The notes: a model not told the origin generated them from the letters alone. A DNA stretch of 64,000 nucleotides from Macrostomum hystrix (GCA_950097015.1 CATNEN010000003.1:4898001-4962000); one strand, 5' to 3'. Positions 12,516 through 24,826 are shown, counted from the first letter of the stretch. Made by a program: numbers and translations.

Positions 12516-12720
12516 GGGGGGGAGCTTCTAGCTCAAGGTCAGAGCGGTAGGTCGGAAGTTCGATTCTCTTTCGTCTTTGAGCGTTAAGTAAGGCAATTAT
12601 TTCCCTAGTGCTTTAGTTTACCCAGCTGTAAAAAGTATATCAGCATTAACTGGGATAGAAATTCAGGCACACGTACGGTGGTCCCTTCCCAGTCCATGGA
12701 CTGAACAGCTGTATACAGCT
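12516..12720 (+). mobile_element. Degenerate SINE family A copy
   Basis: GTTCGATTC B box, then TAGTTTACCCAGCTGTAAAAAGTATATCAGCATTAACTGGGATA, then CCCAGTCCATGGACTGAACAGCTG, colinear with family A. Confidence 0.7.
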
Positions 12721-13362
12721 ACGCAACTTCCTTCCCAGTCCATGGACTGAACAGCTGTATGCAGCTACGCAACTTCCTTCCCAGTCCATGGACTGAACAG
12801 CTGTATGCAGCTAGGCAACTTCCTTCCCAGTCCATGGACTGAACAGCTGTATGCAGCTACGGAATTTCCTTCCCAGTCCATGGACTGACCAGCTGTATGC
12901 AGCTTCGCAACTTCCTTCCCAGTCCATGGACTGAACAGATGTATGCAGCTACGCAACTTCCTTCCCAGTCCATGGACTGAACAGCTGTATGCAGCAACGC
13001 AACTTCCTTCCCAGTCCATGGACTGAACAGCTGTATGCAGCTAGGCAACTTCCTTCCCAGTCCATGGACTGAACAGCTGTATGCAGCTACGGAATTTCCT
13101 TCCCAGTCCATGGACTGACCAGCTGTATGCAGCTACGCAACTTCCTTCCCAGTCCATGGACTGACCAGCTGTATGCAGCTAGGCAACTTCCTTCCCAGTC
13201 CATGGACTGAACAGCTGAATGCAGCTTCGCAACTTCCTTCCTAGTCCATGGACTGAACAGCTGAATACAGCTAGGCAACTTCCTTCCCAGTCCATGGACT
13301 GAACAGCTGAATGCAGCTACGGAATTTCCTTCCTAGTCCATGGACTGAACAGCTGAATGTAG
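12688..13362. repeat. 46-bp minisatellite derived from SINE A sequence, ~14.5 copies
   Basis: Unit CCCAGTCCATGGACTGAACAGCTGTATGCAGCTACGCAACTTCCTT. Confidence 0.93.
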
Positions 13363-14049
13363 CAAAGCGACTTTCGTGTAATTGTTTTAATTGCTGAAAA
13401 ATTTTCACGGAAGAAAAACTGCTGGATGTTGACTTATATTTCGACACCTCAGAAAAGGCGGACATATTCAAGAAAATAACCGGATGAGTTGCCGTGCTCA
13501 TGCAGTCGACCAGAAAAAAACCCATTCACTCGTTCCTGGAAAATTACAGGTCTGGCCCCAGACACCGGGGAACGGAAAGATGAATGACCTGGCAACAAAA
13601 CTGGGAAAGTTTTTTAGTTTCTTCTCAACTCAGCCAACCCGATTTCTGCTTTTTCTTTCTTGTGCTTTTTTGAGCGTAGAAATCTATTTCCTAGTCTTGT
13701 TATTTATTTTCGACAGGTGTGATACGGACATACTCGAATCTGTAGCCATCGCACTGCTTCCAGGAAGCAGAAAATGGCCCCCCGCCCAGCAGCAATTAGA
13801 GGGACGATTTTCTGTTTTAAAATAGCACACAAAGTAAACACCAGAACTCTCAGCTCTCATGCAAAAGCAACACCAGCGATTCTGTTCTGACTTTGTTTAT
13901 CTTCTATCGCATCCTTGATTTGAGTCCGCCAGTTTAGTAGAATATTTGCGCAGAGCTGCTCAGAACTCTTCGATAATCTGACTTACCTGACTGTCTGTTT
14001 AACAGTTGAGGCCAGATAAACTTTTATCTGAAATTCATGTAAAAAGCAG

Positions 14050-14291
14050 CAATAATAACATTAATTGATTACACCTGCCCTGTGTACAGCTGTTCTGTCC
14101 ATGGACTGGGGGGACGCCACACCTACCTTCAATTTTATCCCAGCTAATGCTGGTACCCATTTAACAGCTGGGTGAACTGAAGCAATTCAAAGTTAAGTGT
14201 CGTGCTAAAAGACACAAATTGTTTCAGCGGAGTCGGGAATCGAACCCCCGACCTTCAAGTCGTGAGTCCGACGCTGTAACCTTTAGGCTAC
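14050..14291 (-). mobile_element. SINE family A, internal deletion of the 3' domain
   Basis: Reverse complement of head, CORE and tail. Confidence 0.88.
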
Positions 14292-14858
14292 CTCACGCCT
14301 TGCCACACTTCCGATTTAACACCCACCTCACGCCTTGCCACAATTCTGATTTAACACCCACCTCACGCCTTGCCACAATTCCGATTAGAGACCCACCTCT
14401 CGCCTTGCCACACTTCCGATTTAACACCCACCTCTCGCCTTGCCACACTTCCGATTAAACACCCACCTCACGCCTTAGCACGCTTCAAATTGGACACCCA
14501 CCTCACGCCTTGACACACTTCTGTTTGGACATCCACCTCACGCCTTGACACACTTCTGTTTGGACATCCACCTCACGCCTTGACACACTTCTGTTTGGAC
14601 ATCCACCTCATGCTTTGACACACTTTAATTGGACACCCACCTCACGCCTAGACATACTTCAAATTAGACACCCACCTCACGCCTTAGCACGCTTCAAATT
14701 GGACATCCACCTCATGCCTTGGCACACTTCCGATTGGACACCCACCTCACGCCTTGGCATGCTTCAAATTGGACATCCACCTCATGCTTTGACACACTTT
14801 AATTGGACACCCACCTCACGCCTAGACATACTTCAAATTAGACACCCACCCACGCCTT
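14290..14858. repeat. 35-bp minisatellite (ACCCACCTCACGCCTTGCCACACTTCCGATTTAAC)
   Basis: Period 35, abutting the SINE 5' end. Confidence 0.92.
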
Positions 14859-15379
14859 GTTATTGACCCTCTTTCGATGGACAGCAACCTTATTTGAGTA
14901 CAATAGGCACACAATGATTTAGTCTATGTAGCAATGGATCAAATACTTCCATAGTCATAGTTACTCAATGAAACCATGAAACAGATACAAAAGCGAAGGC
15001 TGTCGCATGTTGAAATGTTATATTCCGCTTTTGTTATTGACTTAATGCCTAAGTATAATAGCATCATCTGTCGGTAACATGGGTGCAGAGCGGAGCCTAT
15101 TCAAAAGGATGTCTTGAGAACTGCATTAGCATCTCCGCTTTGCGTCGACTCAAAAGAGAAATTTGCGCCACAAACTAATTCTCTGTACTGTCTGCTTTTT
15201 AGCTTATATTACAGTATGTATAAGCAACCATACTCCTACGATAGCATCATATCATATTACTCACGATACTATTTGTCACTTCGCTCATGGCTAAAGAGTT
15301 AGTTCCAAGTTGCCATCGACTCAGCTCTTGTGATTCAAATATTTTTTGCTGCGATTCTTGATATTACGGCTCTTGGCTG

Positions 15380-16392
15380 TGCTACGATTCTAGCTGCGAT
15401 ACTAGCTACGATTCTAGCTGCGATACTAGCTACGATTCTAGCTGCGATACTAGCTACGATTCTAGCTGCGATACTAGCTACGACTCTAGCTGCGATTCTA
15501 GCTGCGATACTAGCTACGATTCTAGCTACAATTCTAGCTACGACTCTAGCTGCGATACTAGCTACGATACTAGCTACGATACTAGCTACGATTCTAGCTG
15601 CGATACTAGCTACGATTCTAGCTACGATAATAGCTACGATTCTAGCTGCGATAGTTGCTATGATTCTAGCTACGATACTAGCTACGATTCTAGCTTCGAT
15701 ACTAGCTACGATTCTAGCTGCGATACTAGCTACGATTCTAGCTGCGATACTAGCTACGACTCTAGCTGCGATACTAGCTACGACTCTAGCTGCGATACTA
15801 GCTACGATACTAGCTACGATACTAGCTACGATTCTAGCTGCGATACTAGCTACGATTCTAGCTACGATAATAGCTACGATTCTAGCTGCGATAGTTGCTA
15901 TGATTCTAGCTACGATACTAGCTACGATTCTAGCTTCGATACTAGCTACGATTCTAGCTGCGATACTAGCTACGATTCTAGCTACGATACTAGCTACGAC
16001 TCTAGCTGCGATACTAGCTACGACTCTAGCTGCGATACTAGCTACGATTCTAGCTGCAATTCTAGCTGCGATTCTAGCTATTATGCTAGCTGCGATTCTA
16101 GCTGCGATTCTAGACGGTTCCAGCTGCGACACTAGCTGCGATTCTAGCTATTACGACTCTAGCTGCGATTCTAGCTGCGATTCTAGATACTACGGCTCTT
16201 AGCTGAGATTCTAGATGCGATTCTGATTTTTACGCCCCTAGCTGCGATACTCGCTACGATTCTAGCTGCGATTCTAGCTATTACGACTCTAGCTGTGATT
16301 TTTACTTTTACGACCCTATCTACGATACTAGCTACGGTTCTAGCTATTACGACTCTAGCTACGATTCCAGCTATAAAAGTCTCTAGCTGCGA
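15380..16392. repeat. 12-bp minisatellite (GATTCTAGCTAC/GATACTAGCTGC) with a 240-bp higher-order duplication
   Basis: Tandem 12-mers. 15541-15780 is repeated at 15781-16020. Confidence 0.93.
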
Positions 16393-16884
16393 TTCCTGTC
16401 TGCAGCTTATGTCATGATTCTGAATTCTGGAGTGGATTTGAATTTATCAGGTGCAAGGATGAGAAAATAACAAACCTGTTAGAATAAAAGTCAATTTGAC
16501 AGTGGAAGGTAGATAAATATTAAATGGTCCACTTGTATTCAAACAATAGGAAAACGTCCAACGATGTACACAAACTATGTGAATTTGGAAGACTTTTTCA
16601 AGTACGAAATGTGTCTTTTTATGAACAGCCTCGGAATATCAGGAGAATTTTTACTTGCAGTCCTTAAAATATTGTCAAACAGAATTATAGAATCAAACGA
16701 TGGTTTGCTAAACATGCACTTATACTGCCTTTTCAAATGCAACTTGTGCCTTGTTGAATATCTTCTAAGTGCTCTGTGTCTATTGTCCTAAACTGCCAAT
16801 TCTAGTTGCTGTGTAGCAGTACATTAATCAAACAAATTAGTTAAGTTACGACATAGCCGTTCTAAACTTACACCATACTTAGAT

Positions 16885-17540
16885 ATCATCACCGTCTTTA
16901 ATGGATACACTCCTGACTAATAATCATCGTCTTTAATGGACACCCTTCTGACTAATAATCACGTCTTTAATGGACACCCTCCTGACTAATAATCATCGTC
17001 ATTAATGGACACCCTCCTGGCTAATAATCATCGTCATTAATGGACACCCTCCTGACTAATAATCATCGTCTTTAATGGATACCCTCCTGACTAATAATCA
17101 TCGTCTTTAATGGACACCCTCCTGACTAATAATCATCGTCTTTAATGGACACCCTCCTGACTAATAATCACGTCTTTAATGGATACCCTCCTGACTAATA
17201 ATCATCGTCTTTAATGGACACCCTCCTGACTAATAATCATCGTCTTTAATGGACACCCTCCTGACTAATAATCATCGTCTTTAATGGACACCCTCCTGAC
17301 TAATAATCATCGTCTTTAATGGACACCCTCCTGACTAATAATCACGTCTTTAATGGATACCCTCCTGACTAATAATCATCGTCTTTAATGGACACCCTCC
17401 TGACTAATAATCACGTCTTTAATGGATACCCTCCTGACTAATAATCACCGTCATTAATGGACACCCTCCTGACTAATAATCACCGTCTTTATGGACACCC
17501 TCCTGACTAATAATCACCGTCTTTCATGGACACCCTCCTA
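16885..17540. repeat. 35-bp minisatellite (TAATGGACACCCTCCTGACTAATAATCATCGTCTT)
   Basis: Period 34-35, no spacers. Confidence 0.95.
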
Positions 17541-17832
17541 AGAAATCGTCACCCGTCTTCCATCGTACGAAATTCTAGGAAAACCTAAAATTTGGTATTA
17601 GCAATGGGCTATAGTCATATGCTGTCAATGGGAGAATTTGATGGCTATGAACAGTTTACTTCGTGAGTGGCTGAGCTAGATGGAGCGCCGAAGCTGGGGA
17701 TGTTGGGGGGATAGAGAAGTAGCCCATAAAAGCGAAATCCGTGTGGCCAAATCGTGGGTTCCTGCTACTCACAATTCGCGCAAGTTCTAGTCGCAGTTTC
17801 ATCGCCTTACAGAACTGTGAACCGGATAAACA

Positions 17833-17843
17833 TAGCCAATCAG
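17833..17843 (+). promoter_or_regulatory. Possible CCAAT box upstream of the neuropeptide ATG
   Basis: TAGCCAATCAG fits the NF-Y consensus. It lies only ~30 nt from the ATG, so function is uncertain. Confidence 0.25.
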
Positions 17844-17868
17844 ATTCTGCTTCTGCCGCTCACACAAG

Positions 17869-19105
17869 ATGGTAAGTCTAAAAAAAGACAAATATAGAAA
17901 AATTAAACAACCATGAACCGATTTTTGTCTAAAAGCTTTTTATTTAAGGGCAGTTAAGTTAATCGATTGGAACAGATCCCGTAGTTTTCATTATAAAAAC
18001 TTGGGCCTAATACGAAATGCCGACACGGCCAATTTGAGATGTCGCACCTGGAATTCAGATGAACTCAGACTCAGTCAGCTAAAGACCGGGCTTAGAATTG
18101 CAGAAAGAACTTATTTTTTTTACTTTTTCAGCTAGATACAGAAAGACACAAAATTTTCTTCAAGACACTTCAAAAAAGTCTTCCTCGAAACTCGAGAATT
18201 TGATTCCTCATTTTCCCCCTCTGTCTTTTCTGGCTTTATTCTTCATGCTTCCACTCTTCTTTTATTTTAACTAATTTAGCTGCTATAGCCTAATGCTCGA
18301 TACGTGATGAGGCGGAAGGACTAGAGGAAGAAGGCCTCCCCTGCTCCTTCCTCGAACCACTTTCGAATATATAGAAATTTAACTAAAGCGATGAGAGAGA
18401 AAATATTATGGAGAACGAGCAGATGGACTGGTCAAGCTCGGGACTTCCTCCGGAACGGGACCCGCAACCGTCTTGGACTGATTGAGTTAAGCGGAAATTT
18501 AATAGCCAACCCGGGTACAGCTGCGGCCCTAGGTTAGTACCCGGTGTAGGAAAAAATCCACTAAAAAAATTGTTGCTCCTTGATCAGATCAGGCGATCAG
18601 TATTGAAATGAAAGCCTAGAATTAACAGACAAAGTTTTATATTTGACACCTGTTTTAGAATCGCAGTCACCAAGCCTCCCTACTGGCCCTGCTGGCCATT
18701 ATTGTTGTTTGCGTCTCGGCTGCTCCACACAGCAGCTCTGCTGAATTTGACGATGACGACGACATTGACAAGCGTGCGTACGGAGCTGTACCATGGGGCA
18801 AGCGTGCGTACGGAGCTGTACCGTGGGGCAAGCGTGCGTACGGAGCTGTACCGTGGGGCAAGCGTGCGTACGGAGCTGTACCATGGGGCAAGCGTGCGTA
18901 CGGAGCTGTACCGTGGGGCAAGCGTGCGTACGGAGCCGTGCCGTGGGGCAAGCGTGCGTACGGAGCTGTACCATGGGGCAAGCGTGCGTACGGAGCCGTG
19001 CCGTGGGGCAAGCGTGCGTACGGAGCTGTACCATGGGGCAAGCGTGCGTACGGAGCTGTACCGTGGGGCAAGCGTGCGTACGGAGCTGTACCGTGGGGCA
19101 GGTAA
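17869..19105 (+). CDS. Neuropeptide precursor: signal peptide + acidic spacer + 11x AYGAVPW-amide (PWamide/Wamide type)
   Basis: ATG|gtaagt (17869-17871) spliced in phase 0 to ttttag|AAT (18659) gives M-NRSHQASLLALLAIIVVCVSAAPHSSSAEFDDDDDID-KR-(AYGAVPWGKR)x10-AYGAVPWGR-stop (TAA 19103-19105), 149 aa. Dibasic sites and Gly amide donors are present, and repeat variants are synonymous only. Confidence 0.92.
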
Positions 19106-19599
19106 ACACGAAGCACGGACTTTAGGCCATGCCAGCACGATGAAGCGAGCACCTTACCCTTAAATTCATCGCGAGAACACATCCTTCTGCTCAGAAAATT
19201 GAAACCGATAACTGTTGTTACGAACCTACAAATGACAGCTATGAGCAAAAAAATTCTACAACAATAGACGCTTTGGAACCATCGATGTTACTGCGAGAAT
19301 AGACTGTTGAATGATCCACCGAAAATAGGATAAACGTATGGCTTAAAAAGGAAGGCAATGATACACCTAATTTGTAACCTCCCATGCTGCTGCAAATTTA
19401 CCTGACTGCTCTGCGATAACCGAAAGCTGCGCGTTTGGCAACAGAATACCTCGAGAAAAAAAGAGAAATACACGCTATCGTTTGTTGCAAGTTTAACAAA
19501 ACATTCAGCAGAACATTTTATCTTATTCACTTAGAAAAAAATTGCCGAGAGAAAAAAACAAACGCTTTGGCTTCGTAAAACATACTTTAGAGAATATGT

Positions 19600-19828
19600 C
19601 GCGGAGAGAAGACTTGGGGGCTCGTCGTGCAATTTACGCCCTTGAGGGCCAACCTCCAAAGCAGAGATCAGATAAGTGTACACTGCCTGACGATGAGAAA
19701 TTCAGGGCAGATGTACAGTATCTGTGTGTGTGTGTGTGCTCAGAAGTCACCGCAACGGGCAGAACCGCCTCCTCGCTGGCTGCGGGTCTGGTGCCACGGT
19801 AAATGATGTGCCATTGCCCGCTGCCCTC
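19600..19828 (+). mobile_element. SINE family B, 5'-truncated
   Basis: Matches 21540-21790. Confidence 0.85.
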
Positions 19829-21444
19829 CTACAATCTACCAGCATCCAGTGCAACTAATCGTTCTATTTAGTTTAATATGTCGCGAACTTAGCACAGTAA
19901 ATATTATAAAGAGAAAGAGGCAAAGGATAGTTCTAAACACGATCGATGCCGTGAGCCACTTGCATGTGCTGATAAGCCTGGCCTCAGGGTGCGACCTATT
20001 TGGCTTAGGTCGACATGTGGCACATCTATAGCTGGTCTATTTCTTATCCCTTTGAAAACTGCTGCCACCTCGGGTACATTGTACATCCTGACTGCATTTT
20101 ATTCCTAAATGCAATGGGAAACAAGTTTTTTATGGTGAATGCGCAGACCCAGACATAGACCACTTTCAGAGAGACGTGAAGTTGAGGACAAAAAAGGAAC
20201 TGCAGGAGAGGCCCCCAGTGGGACAAATGACGGAAGTTAAAGGGAATAGTTATTAGGAAACAGAATCTCAGGCGGCAGTTTGGGATTGAGCACTAATTGA
20301 GAAAGATTTATCAATCCAACTGCAATGGAAGGGGCGGGTTTTACACGCGCAAAACACGATATCTCTCAAATTGATCTTAATTTATACTTGAATCAGCGCT
20401 AAACAAGCAGTCTGTCTTTGAAGAGAGCGAGGGCCACAATTACTGTGTTATACGCTCGTAAAATATTACATCGATAAAGTATTGCTGGGTTTGATATTTT
20501 GTACATTTGGTCATCAATGTTAGCAAGTCACTGATGTTCATTTCTTTCGACCCGTATTCTCGTAGATCGTTAACAGTAGCATGAAACACCACGCTAATAG
20601 TTCCCCCCTCGCGAAAGACCTGGGGCTATTTCAAACACCCACTGTCTATTTCACGATAGCTCCTGGCGAAGATCCTGGTGACACGGACAAGTAACATTGC
20701 TCTGTATAAACCTCATTGGCTAATTCTTATTGGTTTAATTCTTAACGACGATAGCGTCACTATCGTTGTTGCTGGGGATGTGAGGTGAAGTCTCTCGTTA
20801 GTTAAACTATTCACTGATATAAATATGACAGTTGTTTTTGCTTTTTGTTTACATTGATTGATGACCAATGCGTCACTAACAAAGGATTAAAAATAAGTAA
20901 TAATACTTAAATGAATATGCAATTAAATAAATTGGATGCACTTGGCGGTAGAAGCGGAGGTGCTGCTGTGTGCCCAATCTCCAGATTGCAGAAGCTAACA
21001 GATGCCTGAATTCCTTGGAAGCCATCAGATGCGTGAAAGTGGAGAGGCTTATAAGTGAGCAACAGAAATCAGGCGGAGCAGTGGGGGGAATTCATAAATT
21101 TGGCACGCATACAACAAACTCCATTCTGTCACTACCTCTTTCCCCATCTCACACGTTGCCTTCACTATGATTAATTGAGCGCATGAGAAAATAAGCGACC
21201 TTCGGCCTGGCTGTCTGCGAGGCTGAAAACTACGCCTTATTTATATTAGATTGATTCAAGAAACGTAGCGGCGGACTGGTCAGCTCAAGGGGTCGCGGTA
21301 TAGACTGAACACTCCAGAATGCGTGCGTGGCCACTTTGCGTCTCGATTTGATTCCACTGCACCCTGTGCAGTTCTTTTTATAAATAAGTCTCACTTTTAT
21401 CTCCAAGGTTTTAGCTAACTACTTGCTTGGTAAGCACCTCCAAG

Positions 21445-21808
21445 GGGAGTGAGTGGCAGAGCGGCTAACGCGTTCGTCTCTCGCACCAAGGTCCTTGAGC
21501 TCGATTCCGCGGCGAGGCCGCATTTATTTGGGGCGCAGCCGCGGAGAGAAGGCTTGGGGGCTTGTCGTGCAATTTACGCCCTTGAGGGTCAACCTCCAAG
21601 GCACAGTGAGAGCGTACACTGCCTGACGATGAGAAAGTCAGGGCAGATGTACACACCTGTGTGAGCGTAGGCCTGTGTACAGTATCTGTGTGCGTGTGTG
21701 CTCAGGAGTCAGCGAAATGGGCAGAATTGCCTCCTCGCTGGCTGCGAGTCTAGTGTCACTAACAGGTGTGTCATTGCTTGCAGCCCTCCCGCAATCATTA
21801 TTATTTAT
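21445..21808 (+). mobile_element. tRNA-derived SINE family B, most complete copy
   Basis: A box TGGCAGAGCGG, B-box-like GCTCGATTCC, structured body, ATT-rich tail and possible TSD TAAGCAC (21431/21812). Confidence 0.9.
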
Positions 21809-22306
21809 TCTTAAGCACTCGCTAAGAGACAGTAATTCTGGCCAACTGAAGCATGTACTCGTAGATCAAGTTTGTGCCAGAAAAGGACGGTTAAGACTGG
21901 AGAGTTAAGAAACGCTCGGTCAGTCAAAAAATAAGGTTAAAAGAAAGAAGAGCCGATTGAGAAGTTTTGATCATATGCAATACACTTTGTATAGTTAAAC
22001 CACATTATTCTGTATCACAGATGTAAGAAAAAATAACAGAATTAGTATTTTTCGTCAAAAAAACATCCGAGGACATTTCAATACGGAGCCACAAATATTA
22101 AACTCATCCAGAAAAAATGAGACTCTGCAGTGTCAAAGAGAACAACGAGAAGTGATAAAAAACATGCGGCAGATGAAAGCAATTCATCCTCTCCAAGACC
22201 CAGTTAACGGACAATATCCTACGAAAAAATATTTTTCGGCAACCAACCGTTGCCAATTTGCCACAGCTGAGAAACGTCAAAATATGATCCGGCCTAGCCC
22301 ATAGAG

Positions 22307-23053
22307 CAGGCAAACTCCGGCCCGCGGGCCAGATGCGGCCCTCGAAGCTCCCAAATCCGGCCCGTTGCCCCTTCTGACATCTACAGTGTCCTGTTTCATC
22401 TCTCCCGTGTCTAATCTCTCCCGTGTCTAATCTCTCCCGTGTCTAATCTCTCCCGTGTCTCATCCCTCTCGTGTCTAATCTCTCCCGTGTCTAATCTCTC
22501 CCTTGTCTAATCTTTCCCGTGTCTAATCTCTCCCGTGTCTCATCTCTCCCGTGTCTCATCTCTCCCCTGTCTTATCTCTCCTGTGTCTTATCTCTTCCGT
22601 GTCTAATCTCTCCTGTGTCTCATCTCTCTCGTGTATCATCTTTCTGTGTCTCATCTCTCCCGTGTCTAATCTCTCCCCTGTCTTATCTCTCCTGTGTCTT
22701 ATCTCTCCCGTGTCTAATCTCTCCTGTGTCTCATCTCTCCCGTGTCTAATCTCTCCCCTGTCTTATCTCTCCTGTGTCTGATCTCTCCCGTGTCTAATCT
22801 CTCCTGTGTCTCATCTCTGTCGTGTATCATATTTCTGTGTCTCATCTCTCCCGTGTCTAATCTCTCCCGTGTCTCATCTCTCCCGTGTCTAATCTCTCCC
22901 CTGTCTTATCTCTCCTGTGTCTGATCTCTCCCGTGTCTAATCTCTCCCGTGTCTCATCTCTCCCCTATCTCATATTTATACAGTCAATGCGGCCCGCTGT
23001 CGTCTTTTAGGTTCTCTCTTTGGCCCGCAAGCAAATAAGTTTGCCTACCCCTG
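22307..23053. mobile_element. Non-autonomous hAT (Charlie-like) element containing the 16-bp minisatellite
   Basis: Left CAGGCAAACTCCGGCCCGCGGGCCAGATGCGGCCC; right GGCCCGC...AGTTTGCCTACCCCTG. These are typical Charlie-type TIRs with GGCCC subterminal motifs. Confidence 0.75.
22390..22970. repeat. 16-bp minisatellite (TCTAATCTCTCCCGTG)
   Basis: Same family as 1-250 and 4190-5620. Confidence 0.93.
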
Positions 23054-24242
23054 CAGTATAGAGATTAACGCTTTTTGTATGCCAATATTTAAATTGTTTT
23101 TTAGCAGGGTTTTAAAGATAGGGCCTACCAGAAATATGTCATCAAAGTTATGCGGAGCCGAGAGCAGGAAATCTCTGCTAATATTAATTATATAAGCTTG
23201 TGATTGAGTCAAATTTCATATTTTTTTTTAGTTACATTTTAATTTTTTATGCATGCAGTATTTTTATATTCCATTAAGCTTGACTTCTACCTTCAATCCA
23301 TGTAGCCATATCTTTAACGAATATTTTTCGTCCTACTAATTGCATTTTAAGATAGATTTTTTATCAACCAAGAAAATTTGCTCAAACTCAAACAAAGGTC
23401 AGTTTTTATTTACCTTATTTGGTAACTGGTAAAAGGGTTTGCACTTAGTTGTGAAAAACAACAAAACATAGTGCGTCGTACTACTTTACTCACTTTTAAT
23501 CAAAATGTCACTGATCAATGGTGCCTTGCGTGATTACTTAATTATAAGCTCTAAGATTAGGCTTGCGGCTATTTTTAGCAACGGCGAACCAAGTTCTATT
23601 CTATGTACATTCGAATGTACAATCGAACACGCCATTATCGATCGTTTTTCCTTCCTTCCATCCACTCAATTCGTAAATCTTTCTCACGACCTTTAACTAC
23701 CGTCTATTTGATTGATCTTAAAGTATTTAAAGTATTTAATTTATTCTTTTTAGTCCTTTAACCAGACTGACCTAACAATATAAATTCAGCAAGCTATTTT
23801 GCTAGCATCTTCCCATCTCGATATTGCCATAAAAAGCCAAGTTAATCACTAATGGAATAATGGAATGGTCAAGCTACAGGTTCCACAGTAAAAAAGACCT
23901 CAAGGAGTCAAGATCTTTCACGGTCAATACTAAATTTGACACACTCATAGTTTGGCAATTCATAAAGAGACTTTGGAGAAAGTTGTTTCTGAAGTGGAAC
24001 CGGCGCTAGTAGGCTGGAGTGCAAAAAGTAAGGCTAAAAGCTATGGAAGTAGCTAGACTAAAGTGCAATAAAAATAATCCAGACTTCTTTCATTCATAAT
24101 GAAGGCCAAACGGAACCTCGGGTTAAGTATTTCCTGAAAAAAAACTGGTCATTTTTAACTAGGCCACGTCAGTTGATTGCGGACAATATGTGAGATTGAC
24201 GCGAAAGTTAGATAATGACCTCCAAGATTTTGATTGATGTTA

Positions 24243-24671
24243 TTACCAATAGGACTACCAAGCCATTTTGCCGACCGTTCTTATACCAAGGGGAATCCCC
24301 CCGCAGAAAAGTTGTTTGACAGCGCTCGAATGCCAAGGTAGGTGACCACCGAAGACGGAGATGATGCAGGCACATTCGGGTGACATGCAAATAAATTTTG
24401 AAGGCCTGGCAAGGCCGCACTGAGGCACAGTGCTAATTCGTGTATTGGGGTGTATAAAATAACACTAGCACTTATGGGAAAATTCTGACCCTCGGCCAGA
24501 AACATTGAATATCTCGACGGTCTAAAGAGCTGACGACTTGATTCTTGTTTCTGAAGCTGCGCCAGAAAATTCTTTTCGTGTTCTCGAGTTTCGTGTGCTT
24601 GTGTTGCTCCGTTCGGGTGCGGCACAAAAAATTTCAGGGGGGAATGCCCCCTTATGTAGTTAGTTCTACTG
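24243..24671. mobile_element. Second copy of element family C
   Basis: 24341-24555 matches 8645-8830. Right end GTTCTACTG|TTAA. Confidence 0.55.
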
Positions 24672-24826
24672 TTAAAGAGAATGAAAAGTGCACAGGTGCT
24701 ATTTTCAAGCTGCGGATGAATATTTCCAAACATCGAATAAATTGTACATTTTCGTCATCGATTATTGTACGCCAGAGAGTGTCTTGTCTTGTAATAATCT
24801 GTCTAGACTGTGTGCATGATTAGAAA

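Noticed and set aside
15330-16202. Hydrophobic ILAT/ILAA ORF resembling a membrane protein
   Set aside because: A 12-bp tandem repeat open on both strands, with no unique domain or exon structure.
16885-17540. CRISPR-like 35-bp repeats (also 14290, 57350, 12688)
   Set aside because: Head-to-tail units without unique spacers, no cas genes, eukaryotic context.
18667-19248. The five ORF-track ORFs over the 30-bp repeat
   Set aside because: Wrong frames or strand. The real reading frame is the unlisted + frame encoding KRAYGAVPWG.
19830-20330. Coding-like composition downstream of the neuropeptide gene
   Set aside because: Short ORFs in shifting frames with no recognisable homology or splice structure.
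21620-21645. Hammerhead ribozyme core CTGACGA..GAAA in SINE B
   Set aside because: Only 3 nt between the motifs, so no stem II. The bases form a simple hairpin CCTGAC/GTCAGG.
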